64,000 bases of DNA from an uncultured Chloroflexia bacterium (GTDB lineage: Bacteria; Chloroflexota; Limnocylindria; Limnocylindrales; CSP1-4), in assembly GCA_963821595.1 (NCBI GenBank), contig CAWGEL010000028.1, forward strand, positions 202,201 to 266,200, written 5' to 3'. Shown one piece after another: positions 34,140 to 44,043 of the stretch (within the stretch, counting starts at the first letter, position 1; the number at the start of each line of letters is the position of its first letter). The notes beneath the pieces were generated by a model. That model saw only the letters and a program-made list of their open reading frames with translations, was not told the origin of the DNA and ran no database searches. The position numbers and the translations under genes are program-made.

Positions 34140-35201
34140 CTACGGACGCGCCAGGCGAACCGGCCTCCCGGCGGCCTTCTTGACGGCCAGCGCCGAGATC
34201 GCCTCCATCGCGCAGCGCTGGGCGGCCATCGCGGTCACCTCGGCGTGGTCATATGGCGGCGAGACTTCCACGACGTCCATGCCGGCCAGCTCGACGCGCC
34301 CCACGATGCGGCGGACTGCCCGCAGCAGTTCGCGGGTCAGGAGCCCGCCAGGCTCGGGCGTGCCCGTGCCGGGCGCCATGCCCGGATCGATGACGTCGAT
34401 GTCGACCGAGAGGTAGACGGCGTCAGGCCCGTCGAGCGCCTCCGCGATGGCGTCGTCGATGACCGCCTCCGCTCCGCGCTCCTCGATCTCGCGCATCAGG
34501 TGCCAGCGCAGGCCTTGCTCCCTCATCCACTCCATGACCTCGACCGGCGGCCAGTAGCCGCGCAGGCCGATCTGCACGAAATTGCGCCCCGAGACGGCGC
34601 CCAATTCGATCAGGCGGCGCATCGGCGTGCCGTGGCCCGCCAGCACGCCCCAGTCCTCGGGCGCGGTGTCGGCGTGGGCGTCGAAGTGGACGATGCCGAT
34701 GCTGGCAGGCCTCCGCACCTCGGCGATCGCGGTCGCCGACGGCCACGTGATCGAGTGGTCGCCGCCGAGCACGATCGGGATGGCTCCCGTGCCGGCCACC
34801 TCGCGAACCTTCCGGTAGATCAGGGCGTGCGCCCGCTCGATCCAGGCCGGGACGATGTTGGCGTCGCCGGCGTCGACGACCGTCAGCACCTCGAACGGCT
34901 CCACGCCCAACTGGAGCGAGTTGACGGAACCGGTCGCGTACTGTGCCTCGCGGATCGCCCGGGGCCCGAAGCGCGCGCCCGGACGGTGGCTGACGGCGTC
35001 GTCGAAGGGGGCGCCGACGATGGCCACGTCGACCTCGCGGCGCCGGAGCTCGCCGGGTTCCGTCACCCATGGCAGCTTCGCGAAGGTGGACGGGCCGACG
35101 TAGACCGGCAGGTCGTAGTCGGAGAAGGTCTGGTATTCGCGGTCCCAGCCGTTGGCGTGGGCGAAGTCGGGCGCCGCATCGGGCGGGTGTCCGTCGGACA
35201 C
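34140..35201 (-). CDS. Agmatinase / arginase-family ureohydrolase
   Basis: GGDHSIT, VHFDAHADT and SVDIDVIDPG manganese-binding motifs. AGGAGG lies 7 nt before GTG 35201. Confidence 0.8.
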   Translation of the reverse strand: MSDGHPPDAAPDFAHANGWDREYQTFSDYDLPVYVGPSTFAKLPWVTEPGELRRREVDVAIVGAPFDDAVSHRPGARFGPRAIREAQYATGSVNSLQLGVEPFEVLTVVDAGDANIVPAWIERAHALIYRKVREVAGTGAIPIVLGGDHSITWPSATAIAEVRRPASIGIVHFDAHADTAPEDWGVLAGHGTPMRRLIELGAVSGRNFVQIGLRGYWPPVEVMEWMREQGLRWHLMREIEERGAEAVIDDAIAEALDGPDAVYLSVDIDVIDPGMAPGTGTPEPGGLLTRELLRAVRRIVGRVELAGMDVVEVSPPYDHAEVTAMAAQRCAMEAISALAVKKAAGRPVRLARP

Positions 35202-35397
35202 GCACGGTCCTCCTGGCGGCCGGCCACGGATCGGTGTGCGTCGCCTGCACGATCGCTCACCCGGGGCGCGGGGCGGCTCGCCGGTGCTGGCGCCGCCGGT
35301 TCGGACCCACCGTCCAGCGGGGCGCGTCGCGATGATAGCGCGGGTGCGATTCGACGCCCGCCGAGGGCGGCCGGGGCATCCGCGCGCGTCCAACCGC

Positions 35398-35527
35398 GCA
35401 CGAGTCCGCTGGGACTCATGTCGGCGCCGTTGCAGCGTGGCGATGGCGCGGAACCGGTCGCCCGCGCGTCCATGCGTCGTCCGCCGTGCGAGGACCGGGC
35501 GGATCTGAGTCCGCTGGGACTCGCGGG
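35398..35527. promoter_or_regulatory. Two copies of the palindrome GAGTCC-GCTG-GGACTC, about 104 bp apart, in the agmatinase / M20D intergenic spacer (candidate operator)
   Basis: Copy 1 is CACGAGTCCGCTGGGACTCATG at 35399-35420. Copy 2 is TCTGAGTCCGCTGGGACTCGCG at 35503-35524. Confidence 0.3.
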
Positions 35528-35546
35528 CGGGCGCGCTCGCCCTGCC

Positions 35547-36728
35547 CTACCCCTCGCCGCGGAACTCGCGCCAGGCCACGGCCACGAGGTCGGCGTCCAG
35601 GAGCAGGTCGAGCGCCGTCTCCGCAACAACCGTGGCCGTGACCAGCGTCACGTCGTCGGCGCGGGGCGTGGCCGCCGCGTCGCAGAATGCCGTCGAGTGG
35701 CCCGGCACGCCCTCGTCGCAGATCGCCACGGACGGGTGGATGGTCGGCAGGCGGCGACTCACGTTGCCCATGTCGGAGCTGCCGAGGTGCTCGAGGTCCA
35801 GGCCTTCGTCGCGGATGCCGTGCGACGCCAGGTTGTCGCGGAAGCGGTCGGCCAGGACGAGGCTGTCCTTCATCGTGTCCGACCCGCCGGAGAAGACCAC
35901 CGCTCCCATCGTGTCCGTCATCAGGGCCGCCCCGTCGACCATCGCCCGGAACCGGCCGCGCATGGACTCGTAGAAGGCCTGGTTCGAGCTGCGGATCATG
36001 AACCGCCCGACCGCGCGTCCGGGAATGATGTTGGCCGCCGTCCCGCCCTCGAGGACGATCCCGTGGACGCGGGCGTGCTGGGGCAGCTGCTGGCGCCACA
36101 GGCCGATCGCCTGGAACAGCAGGACGAGCGCGTCCAGGGCGTTCTTGCCCATCCACGGCTCCGAGGCCGCATGCGCCTGCAGCCCGGTGAACGTGACGTC
36201 GACGTCCTCGCTCGCGAGGAGCGCGCAATTGACCTGGGTTCGGTCGGATGGGTGGAAGAGAAGCGCCGCGTCGAGGCCGTCGAACAGGCCGTCGTCGAGC
36301 ATGAACTGCTTGCCGCTCCCCCGCTCCTCCGCCGGGCAGCCGAGGAAGACGACTTCGCCGGCGAACGCGTCGCGCACCGCGGCCAGGCCGATCGCGGCGG
36401 CCACGCCCTGGGCCGCCATCGTGTTGTGGCCGCAGCCGTGGCCGAGGCCGGGCAGCGCGTCGTACTCGGCGAGGATGCCGATCCGCGGACCTTCGCTCCC
36501 CCGCCCTCCCGCCAGGCGGCCACGCACGGCGGTGGCCAGGCGTCCGGCCGGCGCCTCCACCGCGTAGCCATGGCGCGCGATCGCCTCGGCGACCCGGGCG
36601 GCGGCGCGATGCTCCTCGAACGCAGGCTCAGGATCCGCATGGATGGCGTGGGAGAGGGCGAGGATCTCCTCGCGACCTCCCACGATGGCAGCCGCGGCGC
36701 GGGCCTTGACCTCGGCGGGAGCGGGCAT
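35547..36728 (-). CDS. M20D-family amidohydrolase (aminoacylase / hippurate-hydrolase-like)
   Basis: 393 aa starting MPAPAEVKAR. Motifs GHGCGHN and FLGCPAEE. GGAGG lies 6 nt upstream. The longer track ORF 35547..37646 is read-through. Confidence 0.8.
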   Translation of the reverse strand: MPAPAEVKARAAAAIVGGREEILALSHAIHADPEPAFEEHRAAARVAEAIARHGYAVEAPAGRLATAVRGRLAGGRGSEGPRIGILAEYDALPGLGHGCGHNTMAAQGVAAAIGLAAVRDAFAGEVVFLGCPAEERGSGKQFMLDDGLFDGLDAALLFHPSDRTQVNCALLASEDVDVTFTGLQAHAASEPWMGKNALDALVLLFQAIGLWRQQLPQHARVHGIVLEGGTAANIIPGRAVGRFMIRSSNQAFYESMRGRFRAMVDGAALMTDTMGAVVFSGGSDTMKDSLVLADRFRDNLASHGIRDEGLDLEHLGSSDMGNVSRRLPTIHPSVAICDEGVPGHSTAFCDAAATPRADDVTLVTATVVAETALDLLLDADLVAVAWREFRGEG

Positions 36729-36757
36729 GGGCGACCTCCGGTGGCGCTGGCGTCCGG

Positions 36758-37135
36758 TCAGCGTTCGATCGAGAGCGTGGCCTCGGCGACGACGACGAGG
36801 GCGATGACGAAGATTCCGATCGGGACGCTGAAGCTGCCCTGGAGACGCAGGGCGACGAAGAGGGCGATGACGATCGCGACCCACAGGCCCCGACGTCCGG
36901 CGCGAAGCCAGTCCCCGCGGTAGGCGATGCGACGGTGACGCGCAAACAACCCGAGCCAGAACAGCGGGACCATGGTCAGCCCGAGCGCGGCACCCATGAG
37001 GGCCGCGCCCACCATTCCGGCCACCGGGTCCAGGCGGGGATCCCGCGTGGTGACCAGCAGCCCGACGAGGATCCACGCGACCGCGGCGGCACCGAAGATC
37101 GAGAGATTGGCGAGACGATCGCGAGCCTCCATCAC
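36758..37135 (-). CDS. Small hypothetical membrane protein (3-4 TM helices)
   Basis: MEARDRLANLSIFGAAAVAWILVGLLV...VPLFWLGLF...LWVAIVIALFVAL...IGIFVIALVVVA. Confidence 0.4.
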   Translation of the reverse strand: MMEARDRLANLSIFGAAAVAWILVGLLVTTRDPRLDPVAGMVGAALMGAALGLTMVPLFWLGLFARHRRIAYRGDWLRAGRRGLWVAIVIALFVALRLQGSFSVPIGIFVIALVVVAEATLSIER

Positions 37136-37254
37136 CCGGGAGGATAGCGGGCGGGCATCGTCGCGGCGACGTCGCTGTACCTGCGGCCGGGCCCGTACCG
37201 CCGGAGCGCACCGCGTCGCCCCCGCGGACGCCGGCGCCATCGCGGGCGGCGACG

Positions 37255-38064
37255 TCACCCGCCCGGCGCGAACGCGGCCTCCACGTCGCCCAGCCGATCC
37301 AGCACGAAGTCCGGCTCCAGCGCGTCATCCGGCTCGCTCGACGGCAGCGGCGAGTCCGCCGGCCGGGAGTGCAGCCAGGCCACCCGCCAGCCTGCCTCGT
37401 GTCCGCCGACGACGTCGGCGGCCCAGTCGTCACCGACGTGGAGCACGCTCGCGGCCGGGAGCGGCGGGCCGGGCGCTGCCAGGGCGGCCTGGGCCGCGGT
37501 GAAAATTCCCAGGTGCGGCTTGATGACCCCGACCCGCTCCGACACCACGACCGCGGCCAGGTGCGGCATCCAGCCGGCCGCCTCCGCGTAGCGGTCGATG
37601 GCCGCCGCCAGCGGCCAGTTCGAGAGGATCCCGAGGCGGAGGCCACTCGCTCGGAGACGGCCGAGCAGCGCGCCCACGGCTGGATCCGGTGGGATCACGT
37701 CGGCGAAGGCGCGGCTGTACGTGTCGAGCCCGGCCGTGACCTCCGCAGGATCGACGAGCGCGCCAGCGGCCGCATCGTCCCACGGCTCGGCCGCCGGCGG
37801 CGGGCCGAGCCCGCGCAGGCGCGCCAGCACGCGTCGCAGGCGGACCGCCAGGTCGACCTCGCGGAACCGCGGCGGCTCCTCGCGAAACTGGCGGTCGCGC
37901 TCCTGCGTCCACGCCTCCAGGAACGCCGCCCGATCGACGCCGGAGCGGCGGGAGACCCCGGCCGCGAGCACGTCGACGACGGCGGCGAGGTCGGCCCTCC
38001 CGACCGGCACGAGCGTGTTGCCGAAATCGAACGTGACGGCCTCGATACCGTCGGAACGGCTCAC
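37255..38064 (-). CDS. HAD-superfamily hydrolase
   Basis: Motif I VTFDFGNTL. Motif II LGILSNW. Motif III-IV HVGDDWAADVVG. The GTG overlaps the helicase TGA. Confidence 0.65.
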   Translation of the reverse strand: MSRSDGIEAVTFDFGNTLVPVGRADLAAVVDVLAAGVSRRSGVDRAAFLEAWTQERDRQFREEPPRFREVDLAVRLRRVLARLRGLGPPPAAEPWDDAAAGALVDPAEVTAGLDTYSRAFADVIPPDPAVGALLGRLRASGLRLGILSNWPLAAAIDRYAEAAGWMPHLAAVVVSERVGVIKPHLGIFTAAQAALAAPGPPLPAASVLHVGDDWAADVVGGHEAGWRVAWLHSRPADSPLPSSEPDDALEPDFVLDRLGDVEAAFAPGG

Positions 38065-41000
38065 CGGACCGCGCTCGCCGGGCAGACGTCGCGAAAGGCG
38101 CACCAGGAGCAGGCCAGGTAGGACGGGGTGGGTTCGAACGCCCGGGCCCGGATCCCGGCGGCCGCCTGGCGGATGCTCGCGACGGCCTTCTCCAGGCGCG
38201 CGGGGGTCACCTCGGCCGCCCCCACGAGGCCGGACTCCAGGAAATGGAGCTGGACTGCGTCGGGAAGCCGGCCCGTCTGCGCCTGCCAGGCCATCGCGTA
38301 GATCGTGAGCTGGAGCGAGTCGCGGGCACGCTCGCGGGCACGCACCGGGTCGCGGACGTCGGAGCTCTTGTAGTCGGTGATGACCACGCGCTCGCGAAGC
38401 ATGGGCAGGACCGGCGAGACGACGTCCGCGACGTCGCCGGCGCGCGGCGCGTCCTCCGGCCACGAGGGTTCGCCCGCCGGCGCAGCGTCTCCCGGGGACG
38501 CGACCGACACATCCGCGGCCGGCACGACGTCCACCCTGTCCATCCGACCCCGCACGCGGTCGCCGTCGAGCGTGAACGCGAACTCGCGCTCGACGTACGC
38601 AGGGATCACGGCGCCGGGCAGGAGCTGTTCCGCCCGGAACCGGCGGAGGGCCTCGCGACCGGCGGCAAGGCGCGCCTCCTCGTGCTCGCGGCTGACGAAC
38701 CCCTCGTTGGACCATGCCTGCTCGAAGGCGGCCACCAGCGCCTCCTCGGTCATGACCTCACCGCGGGCATGGCGACGGTGGAACTCCTGCACCGCGGCGT
38801 GGAGCGCGGCCCCGTAGACCATGGCGTGGTGCGGTGCGACGGGCACGCGCAGCAGGTGGACGTACTTGTACTTCAGGGGGCACGTGAGGTAGTCGTCCAC
38901 CTGGTAGAAGGAGAGGAGCAGCGGCTCGGAGGCAGTCCCCGCCGGCCGGGCGAGGACGGCCGGCACGGGGACCGTGGGCGGCGCCTCGAAACCGGCCAGC
39001 CGTTCGACCGGGCTGCTGGGTCGCGTCGCCGGCTGCGTCCCGGCCGGCAGGTCCAGCGCCTCCAGGACGAAGGGCGTGATCCTCCGCGTCCGCTTGCCGC
39101 CGTAGTCGAGCGCGTGCGTCAGGATCAGCTCGTCGCGGGCACGCGTCATCCCCACGTAGAAGAGGCGACGCTCCTCCTGCACGTGAGCGTCGCCCTCCGG
39201 CAGCACGCCGCGGACGAGGGCGTCGGGCATGGCCAGCGGCTCGCGCCGGGCGCGCGCGGGGAACCGGCCGTCGACGAGTCCGACCAGGAAGACGACCGGC
39301 CATTCGAGGCCCTTCGCCTTGTGGACGGTGACCACTGCCACCGCGTCGAGGTCCGGGTCGAGGTCGGCCGTGGCGGGATCGTCGCCCGCATCGATGAGCG
39401 TCTGGAGATGCGGGGCCAGGAAGACGGCCCGGTCGTCGGCGAGCACGTCCGACTGCGCCCGCACGATCTCGAAGAAGCGGGCGATGTTGCCCAGTGCCTC
39501 CTCGGCGGCCGCCGTCCCCGCGCTCGCGAGGCTCCGCAGTGAACCGGAATCGCGGAGGAACGCGTAAAGGATCTCGCCAGCCGGGCGCCGGCCTCCTTCA
39601 TCGCAGTAGCGGCGAAGATCGGCGACCAGTCGGTCGATCCCTGCCCGCGTGGTGGGTGCCAGGCGGAGGAGTCCCGGCTGGCGCGCGATCTCCTCGAGCG
39701 TCTCGAGCAGGGTCCGGTTGGTACGCCGCGCGCGGTTCGCAAGGGCAGCCAGGTCCTCGCCGCCCAGGCCGTAGACCTCGGAGGCGGCCAGCGCGTAGAC
39801 GTCCACCGACGACCCCGGATCCCCGACCGCCCGGAGGAAGGCGAGCAGGAGCCGGATCTCCGGCCGGGCGTACAGTCCCGAGGCCCCCGAGAATCGCCAG
39901 GCCACGCCGGCCGCGTTCAGGGCGCGCAGCACCGGGTCGGCGTCGGCGTTGGCGCGAACCAGGATCGCGTGGTCGCGGGCCGACGCCCCGGCAGCGATCC
40001 GCCGGCCGATCTCGGCGGCCAGCCAGTCGGCCTCCTCCGAACCGTTGGGGAATGCCATCTGCCGAACCGGCGCCGGGGTGGCGGCCCTCCGGACCGGCAC
40101 CAGGCGCTTGGAGATGCCGCGCTGCACCTCGAGTCGATCGGGGTCGTTGAACCTGATGAGCCGGTGGGCGGCGTCCAGGACGGGCGCCAGCGACCGGTAG
40201 TTGCGGCGCAGGACGATCGTCCGGGCCGCCCGGAACCGCTCGAGAAAGTCGATGATCGCGCCCGTCGCGGCGCCCCGGAAGCGGTAGATCGACTGGTCGT
40301 CGTCGCCGACGACGGTCAGGCTCCGGCGCGGCTCGGCGAGCAGGGCGACGAGCTCGGACTGCGCCCGGTTCACGTCCTGGAACTCGTCAACGAGGATGTA
40401 CCGGAAGCGCGCCTGCAGCGTGGCCCGCGCTGCCGGGTGCTCGCGGAGGAGGCGGAGGGCCAGGCTCACCTGGTCCCCGAAGTCGATCGCCCCTGCCTCC
40501 CCCAGCAACTCCTGGTAGCGGGCGAACGCGCGGGCCAGCTCGCCCTGGCGCCGTGCCACCTCGAGAGCGGCGCCGCGCGCATCGCCGGCCTCCATCTCGT
40601 CGGCGTCCGCCGCGAGGCGCGCGGCATGGGCAAGGTAGCCGGCCGGACTGACGTCCTCGTCCTTGAGCCGCGAGAAGAGCGTCGCGAGTGCGCCCAGGAA
40701 GCGGGTCGGGTCGCCGAGCGGGCGGTACTCGTCCAGCTCGAACCGGAACAGTCGCTCGCGCAGGAAGATCACCGTCTCCGGGCGCGACAGGACCCGCGGC
40801 TCCGTGGGCAGGCCGAGTTCCAGGGCATGCTCGCGGATCACCCGGTCACCGAACGCGTGGAACGTGCCGATGACCGTGTCCGTGTAGCCGTATGGGACCA
40901 GCTGGTCGACGCGCGCCTGCATCTCCTCGGCCGCCTTGTCGGTGAAGGTCAGGGCCAGGATCTGCGACGGCTTCGCCCGTTTCGTGGCGATCAGCCAGGC

Positions 41001-41307
41001 GATCCGCCGCGTGACCACCTGCGTCTTGCCCGTGCCGGCGCCGGCAACGACGAGGAGCGGTCCGTCGCCGTGCGTGACAGCCCGGCGCTGTTCCGGATTG
41101 AGACCCGCCAGGAGCGCCTCGACCCCGATCCGCTCGGGCGACCCTTCGGGAGCATCCGGCGCGAGCGCGTGGTCTCGCCAGACCGGCATCTGCTCCGGCG
41201 AAAGGAAGCGGCCGCGACGAGCCCGGCCGGGTGATACGTTCCGCGGCCGGGAGCCCGCGCGGGGCGCGGGAGCGGCCCCTGCCGGTCCGGGCGACGACGT
41301 CTTGCGG
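38061..41307 (-). CDS. UvrD/PcrA-type superfamily-1 helicase fused to a C-terminal RecB/Cas4-like PD-(D/E)xK nuclease with an Fe-S cysteine cluster (AdnB/AddA-like)
   Basis: LNPEQRRAVTHGDGPLLVVAGAGTGKT. ILVDEFQDVNRAQ. VTVHKAKGLEWPVVFLVGL. Nuclease ITDYKSS...QLTIYAMA. Cysteines at ...YLTCPLKY... and CSWCAFRDVC. Intact. Confidence 0.8.
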
Positions 41308-41332
41308 GCCATGCTGGTCCGGCCCAGGGCCG

Positions 41333-41842
41333 TCAGCGCCCGACGGCGCGGGTCATCGCCTGGCGGAGCGCCTCGGTCTCCTCCTCGGAGAGGGCACCTT
41401 CGGCGGCTCCCGCCGCGACGCCCTTCGCGTAGACGCGCGTCTGGTTGCGGGCGTGAAGGCTCGACAGGACCACGCCGTTGCCCTCCGGGTCGCACACCGC
41501 CAGGGCGAAGCTCTGATTGCCGCCGGTATCCTCGAACGTGTTGTAGCGGACGACGCTGACGCCCTGCATCGATCGACGGGCCTGTCGCTCCAGCGCTCCC
41601 GCCCGCGCGTCGATGTCGTCCTGGCGACGGGAGACGGCGTAGACCTTGGCCAGGTGCGCTTCCAGCACGTCGCCGAGGTCCCGCCCGTCCTCGCCGCGGG
41701 TCAGCAGCGCGAGGTGGGCGGCGAGCCTGCGGACGCGCCGGAGCAGCACGAGCATGGCGACCAGGAGCAGGATCGCGACGGCACCGAGCAGGATGACGAT
41801 GGGCGCCAGGGCCGAACTGACGAGCGCGTTGAGGTCGCTCAC
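41333..41842 (-). CDS. DUF4446-family protein (N-terminal TM anchor)
   Basis: LAPIVILLGAVAILLLVAMLVLL...VVRYNTFEDTGGNQSFALAVCD. GGGAGGA RBS lies 4 nt before the GTG. Confidence 0.6.
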   Translation of the reverse strand: MSDLNALVSSALAPIVILLGAVAILLLVAMLVLLRRVRRLAAHLALLTRGEDGRDLGDVLEAHLAKVYAVSRRQDDIDARAGALERQARRSMQGVSVVRYNTFEDTGGNQSFALAVCDPEGNGVVLSSLHARNQTRVYAKGVAAGAAEGALSEEETEALRQAMTRAVGR

Positions 41843-42075
41843 GGAATCCTCCCTTGGATCGGCCGGAGTCTAGCAGGGCCGACTCACCGCGGGCCGTGCC
41901 CCGCGCGATTCGCGGGTCCGTCTGGTCCGGCCGTGGCCCGGCTCACCGGCGGCCGCGGCGCTCGACGGCCACCGACGACCGCCGCATCGTCTATCCTTCG
42001 CCCTCGGCGCCCGTCGCACGCGCGCCCGCTTTGCCGAGCCCCGGCGAGGCGATCCCACAGGAGGCTCACCCCAGC

Positions 42076-42477
42076 ATGGCGAAGCGCCAGCGCGGCGGAA
42101 CCCGCCCCGGCCAGCGACCCGCCCAGCGGGCGGCGACGCGACCCGTGACGCGACCGGCTGCCCCGATCCGCACCGGCTCGCTGACCGACGACGACCTCGA
42201 CCGGGCGGCCGCCCTCGAGGCCGAGATCGTCGAGGAGGAGCGAACGGCCGCCGCGTCGCTCGCCCGCGGCAGGGAGCGCAAGCGGGCCACCGGCGCGGAC
42301 GACACGACGATGACGCGCGGCCGGACGCGGCTCTCCGGCTCCCTGTCCGTGGTCGCCGCGGACGAGTACCGGTACGTGGCCCGGGACCTCCGGCGCATCG
42401 TCGTCATGTTCGCCCTGATCTTCGGCCTCCTCCTGGTCTCATACCTCGTCCTGATCGTGGGCGGCATCGTCAAGTAG
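42076..42477 (+). CDS. Hypothetical basic protein with a C-terminal TM helix
   Basis: MAKRQRGGTRPGQRPAQR...RRIVVMFALIFGLLLVSYLVLIVGGIVK. AGGAGG upstream. Confidence 0.4.
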   Translation: MAKRQRGGTRPGQRPAQRAATRPVTRPAAPIRTGSLTDDDLDRAAALEAEIVEEERTAAASLARGRERKRATGADDTTMTRGRTRLSGSLSVVAADEYRYVARDLRRIVVMFALIFGLLLVSYLVLIVGGIVK

Positions 42478-42549
42478 CCTCCCCGGCAGCTCTCGCGTGC
42501 GCGCGGGAGCGTGTGCGCGAGCGAGGCAGCCGCCTGCCGGTCGTCGCGA

Positions 42550-43914
42550 CTACTCCCCCGGCGGGCGCGCCTCGCTGCTCCCATTCCGGACGCGGTCGAG
42601 CCACAGGGCGAGCTCGCGCTCGGCGCCGGCTCCCGTCGGGTGCCACCAGCCGCCCCCGACGCCGCGCGGGAGGTACTGCTGGAGCCGCGCGCCGTCGGGA
42701 TCGTCGTGGGGGTTGCGATAGGTGCGCGCCACGGGCCGGAGGTGACCCGGTACGGGACGAGTGCCATTGGCCCGGACGACCTCACGGGCCGCAAAGAAGG
42801 CGCGGCCGGCGGCGGGCGACTTGGGGGCGGCCGCGAGGAAGACCGTGGCCTGGGCGAGTGCGTAGAGGCCCTCGTCGTTCGTCTCCGCGCCGATCTTCTC
42901 CACCGCCTCCAGGGCCGCGACCGCCAGCGGCAGCCCTCGCGGCTCGGCATTGCCCACGTCCTCCGATGCGGACACCACGAGGCGGCGCGCGACATAGCGC
43001 GGATCCTCGCCCGCCTCCAGCGCCGTCGCCAGCCAGTACAGCGCGGCGTCCGGATCGCTGCCGCGGATGCTCTTGATGAACGCGCTGATCACACCCGACC
43101 GGTCGTAGTCGAGCGTCGCCGACTGGGCCGCCCGGGCGATGTCGGCACCGTCGACGGGCAGTGGCAGCGCCGGATCGACGTTCGACTCCATGGCCCGTCG
43201 CTCCGCCATCGAGGCCGCGGTCTCGAGAATGCCGAGCAGGCGGCGGGCGTCGCCGCTCGCGAAACCGAGCAGCTGGCGGCGTGCGGCGTCGTCGAGGACC
43301 ACGGCCACGCCGAGACCACGCTCGGCGTCGCCGAGCGCACGGTCGGCGATCACGGTCAGGTCCGCCTCGTCGAGCGCGTCGAGGCGGAACACTCGCAGGC
43401 GCGAGAGCAGTGGCCGGGTGAGCCCGCCGCCAAACGGCGCCTCCGTGGTCGCCCCGACCAGCACGATCGTGCCCGCTTCGACGTGCGGCAGCAGGGAATC
43501 CTGCTGGGCCTTGCTGTAACGGTGGAGCTCGTCGAGGAAGACGACGGTCGTCTGGCCGTGGAGCGACGCCGCCGACCGCGCTTCCCCCACCACCTCGCGC
43601 AGAGCTGCCACGCCGTCGGTGGTCGTGTTTAGCTGGGCGAACCTCGCGCCGACCGCCTCCGCGAGCAGCCGGCCGATCGTCGTCTTGCCGGAGCCCGGTG
43701 GGCCCCACAGCAGCATGGACGGGAGGCGGCCTGCCTCGACGAGCCGTCGGAGCGGCGCGCCCGGGCCGAGCAGGTGCACCTGGCCGACGACCTCGTCGAG
43801 CGTGCGCGGTCGCATCCGGGCGGCGAGGGGCGCCTGACCGGGGGGCGGCACGAACAGGGGCTCCGGCGCCGCACCCGCGCGTGCGCTCGTTCCCGTCGTC
43901 CGGCGAGTGGCCAC
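42550..43914 (-). CDS. rarA: Replication-associated recombination protein A (AAA+ ATPase RarA/MgsA)
   Basis: LAARMRPRTLDEVVGQ. MLLWGPPGSGKTT. VVFLDELHRYSK. Confidence 0.85.
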   Translation of the reverse strand: MATRRTTGTSARAGAAPEPLFVPPPGQAPLAARMRPRTLDEVVGQVHLLGPGAPLRRLVEAGRLPSMLLWGPPGSGKTTIGRLLAEAVGARFAQLNTTTDGVAALREVVGEARSAASLHGQTTVVFLDELHRYSKAQQDSLLPHVEAGTIVLVGATTEAPFGGGLTRPLLSRLRVFRLDALDEADLTVIADRALGDAERGLGVAVVLDDAARRQLLGFASGDARRLLGILETAASMAERRAMESNVDPALPLPVDGADIARAAQSATLDYDRSGVISAFIKSIRGSDPDAALYWLATALEAGEDPRYVARRLVVSASEDVGNAEPRGLPLAVAALEAVEKIGAETNDEGLYALAQATVFLAAAPKSPAAGRAFFAAREVVRANGTRPVPGHLRPVARTYRNPHDDPDGARLQQYLPRGVGGGWWHPTGAGAERELALWLDRVRNGSSEARPPGE

Positions 43915-43945
43915 GTGGCCAAGTGTAGGTCCGGGGGTCCCTGGC

Positions 43946-44043
43946 CTGCCGTTCCTGCTCTGCCGTTCCTGCTCTGCCGTTCCTGCTCTGCCGTTCCTGC
44001 TCTGCCGTTCCGGCTCTGCCGTTCCTGCTCTGCCGTTCCGGCA
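43946..44043. repeat. Perfect 14-bp tandem repeat, 7 copies (CTGCCGTTCCTGCT; copies 5 and 7 carry the variant ...CCGGCT)
   Basis: Sits about 30 nt upstream of the rarA start codon. The period is not a multiple of 3. No spacers. Confidence 0.9.

Noticed and set aside
43946-44043. 14-bp repeat array considered as a CRISPR locus
   Set aside because: The units are directly abutting with no spacers, the unit is far shorter than CRISPR repeats, and no cas genes are present.
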